DNA from: a virus
Length of the DNA stretch: 64,000 bases
Virus record (IMG/VR): IMGVR_UViG_3300029876_000390
Strand: one strand, 5' to 3'
This document shows positions 63,609-64,000 of the stretch, in pieces. A model generated the notes under the pieces. The model ran no database searches and had not been told where the DNA came from. It saw only the letters and a list, made by a program, of their open reading frames with translations. The first letter of the stretch is position 1; each line of letters starts with the position of its first letter. The translations under genes and the position numbers were made by a program.

Positions 63609-64000
63609 GGGGCGTGTGGCGAAGCAAAGGAAAAGGCTGGATCCGAAAAATAGAATATCCGAAATAAAAGAAGCCCACTTGGTTACCATCCGGCTTGCTT
63701 AAAGCGTAGCAGGCAGGAACGGAAACCAGGTGGGCTTTTTTCAACAATCAAATAAGTGAGCTTTTTGCACCGATATTTAGGTCATCAATTTTCGAGTTGA
63801 TGGCCTATTTTTTGCGTCTGAAAACATAGAAACACTATATGTAGTAGTTGATGATTATTTTAAACCGATATATTGTATTTTTTCGAAGGGATGCGTAGTA
63901 AAGGAAATTTCTATATCCAAACGGTGGATCAGAAACCTACATTCTAAGTATAAGGGAACTTATGTGGGCGCGAAATTCATTATGCCGGTTCCCTGTAAGC

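Noticed and set aside
1-64000. tRNA, rRNA, CRISPR arrays, reverse transcriptases (retron/DGR).
   Set aside because: No cloverleaf-compatible segments with conserved T-loop / anticodon context were spotted in intergenic regions. There are no rRNA-like conserved blocks, no regularly spaced direct repeats, and no RT motifs (YxDD) in any ORF. A computational tRNAscan or Infernal pass is still advisable, since this was judged by eye.

Overview
This window is almost entirely one temperate siphovirus-type prophage (about 1 to 56.5 kb, GC about 55%, Clostridia-like Firmicutes signal usage), followed by an AT-rich defence islet and a second recombinase-bearing element. Nearly all genes are on the + strand. 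Left to right: (1) a lysogeny/early region with an XRE repressor-like HTH, a sigma-70 region-4 protein and DUF4406. (2) The conserved replication module DUF2800 / DUF2815 / family-A DNA polymerase / VRR-NUC / SNF2 helicase, where the helicase carries an in-frame TAA inside its Walker A motif. It continues with an orphan MazF/PemK-like toxin, a primase-helicase, and an AT-rich intergenic region with inverted repeats that may be an origin. (3) An anti-restriction / accessory island inserted between an HNH endonuclease and terS. It holds a phage MetK (SAM synthetase), a ParB-fused N6/N4 DNA methyltransferase, a long C5-cytosine methyltransferase, an Amidoligase_2 gene with two AIG2/GGCT-like gamma-glutamyl cyclotransferase genes, a DUF4314/DUF3846 pair, and an array of eight small ORFs. 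Seven nearly identical promoter-leader cassettes (TTG(C/A)TA-N17-TAATAT) drive the amidoligase and most of the small ORFs. (4) An HK97-like packaging/head module (P27-family terS, terL, portal, ClpP-like protease, major capsid, connector, head closure, gp10-like) and a tail module (major tail protein, G/GT chaperone with an A_AAA_AAC -1 frameshift site, 1825-aa tape measure). Two morons interrupt it: an SPFH/band-7 gene flanked by duplicated UUCG hairpins, and a reverse-strand DUF3990 + 3x DUF3791 cassette with its own promoter and terminators. No distal-tail, baseplate or receptor-binding genes are visible; instead an SGNH/GDSL hydrolase overlaps the 3' end of the tape measure gene. (5) A lysis cassette (holin, SH3b+LysM protein, stand-alone Spo0A C-terminal domain protein, amidase_2 + glucosaminidase + SH3 endolysin). 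(6) Two tandem large serine recombinases and a strong terminator. (7) A low-GC islet with a consensus promoter, an AAA_21-type ATPase and a small Toprim-like protein (PARIS/AbiL-like). It is followed by an XRE regulator, an AAA_25 ATPase, a third serine recombinase and two stand-alone paralogs of its C-terminal domain. No rRNA, tRNA or CRISPR array was recognised. Most long reverse-strand ORFs in the track are GC-driven shadow ORFs.
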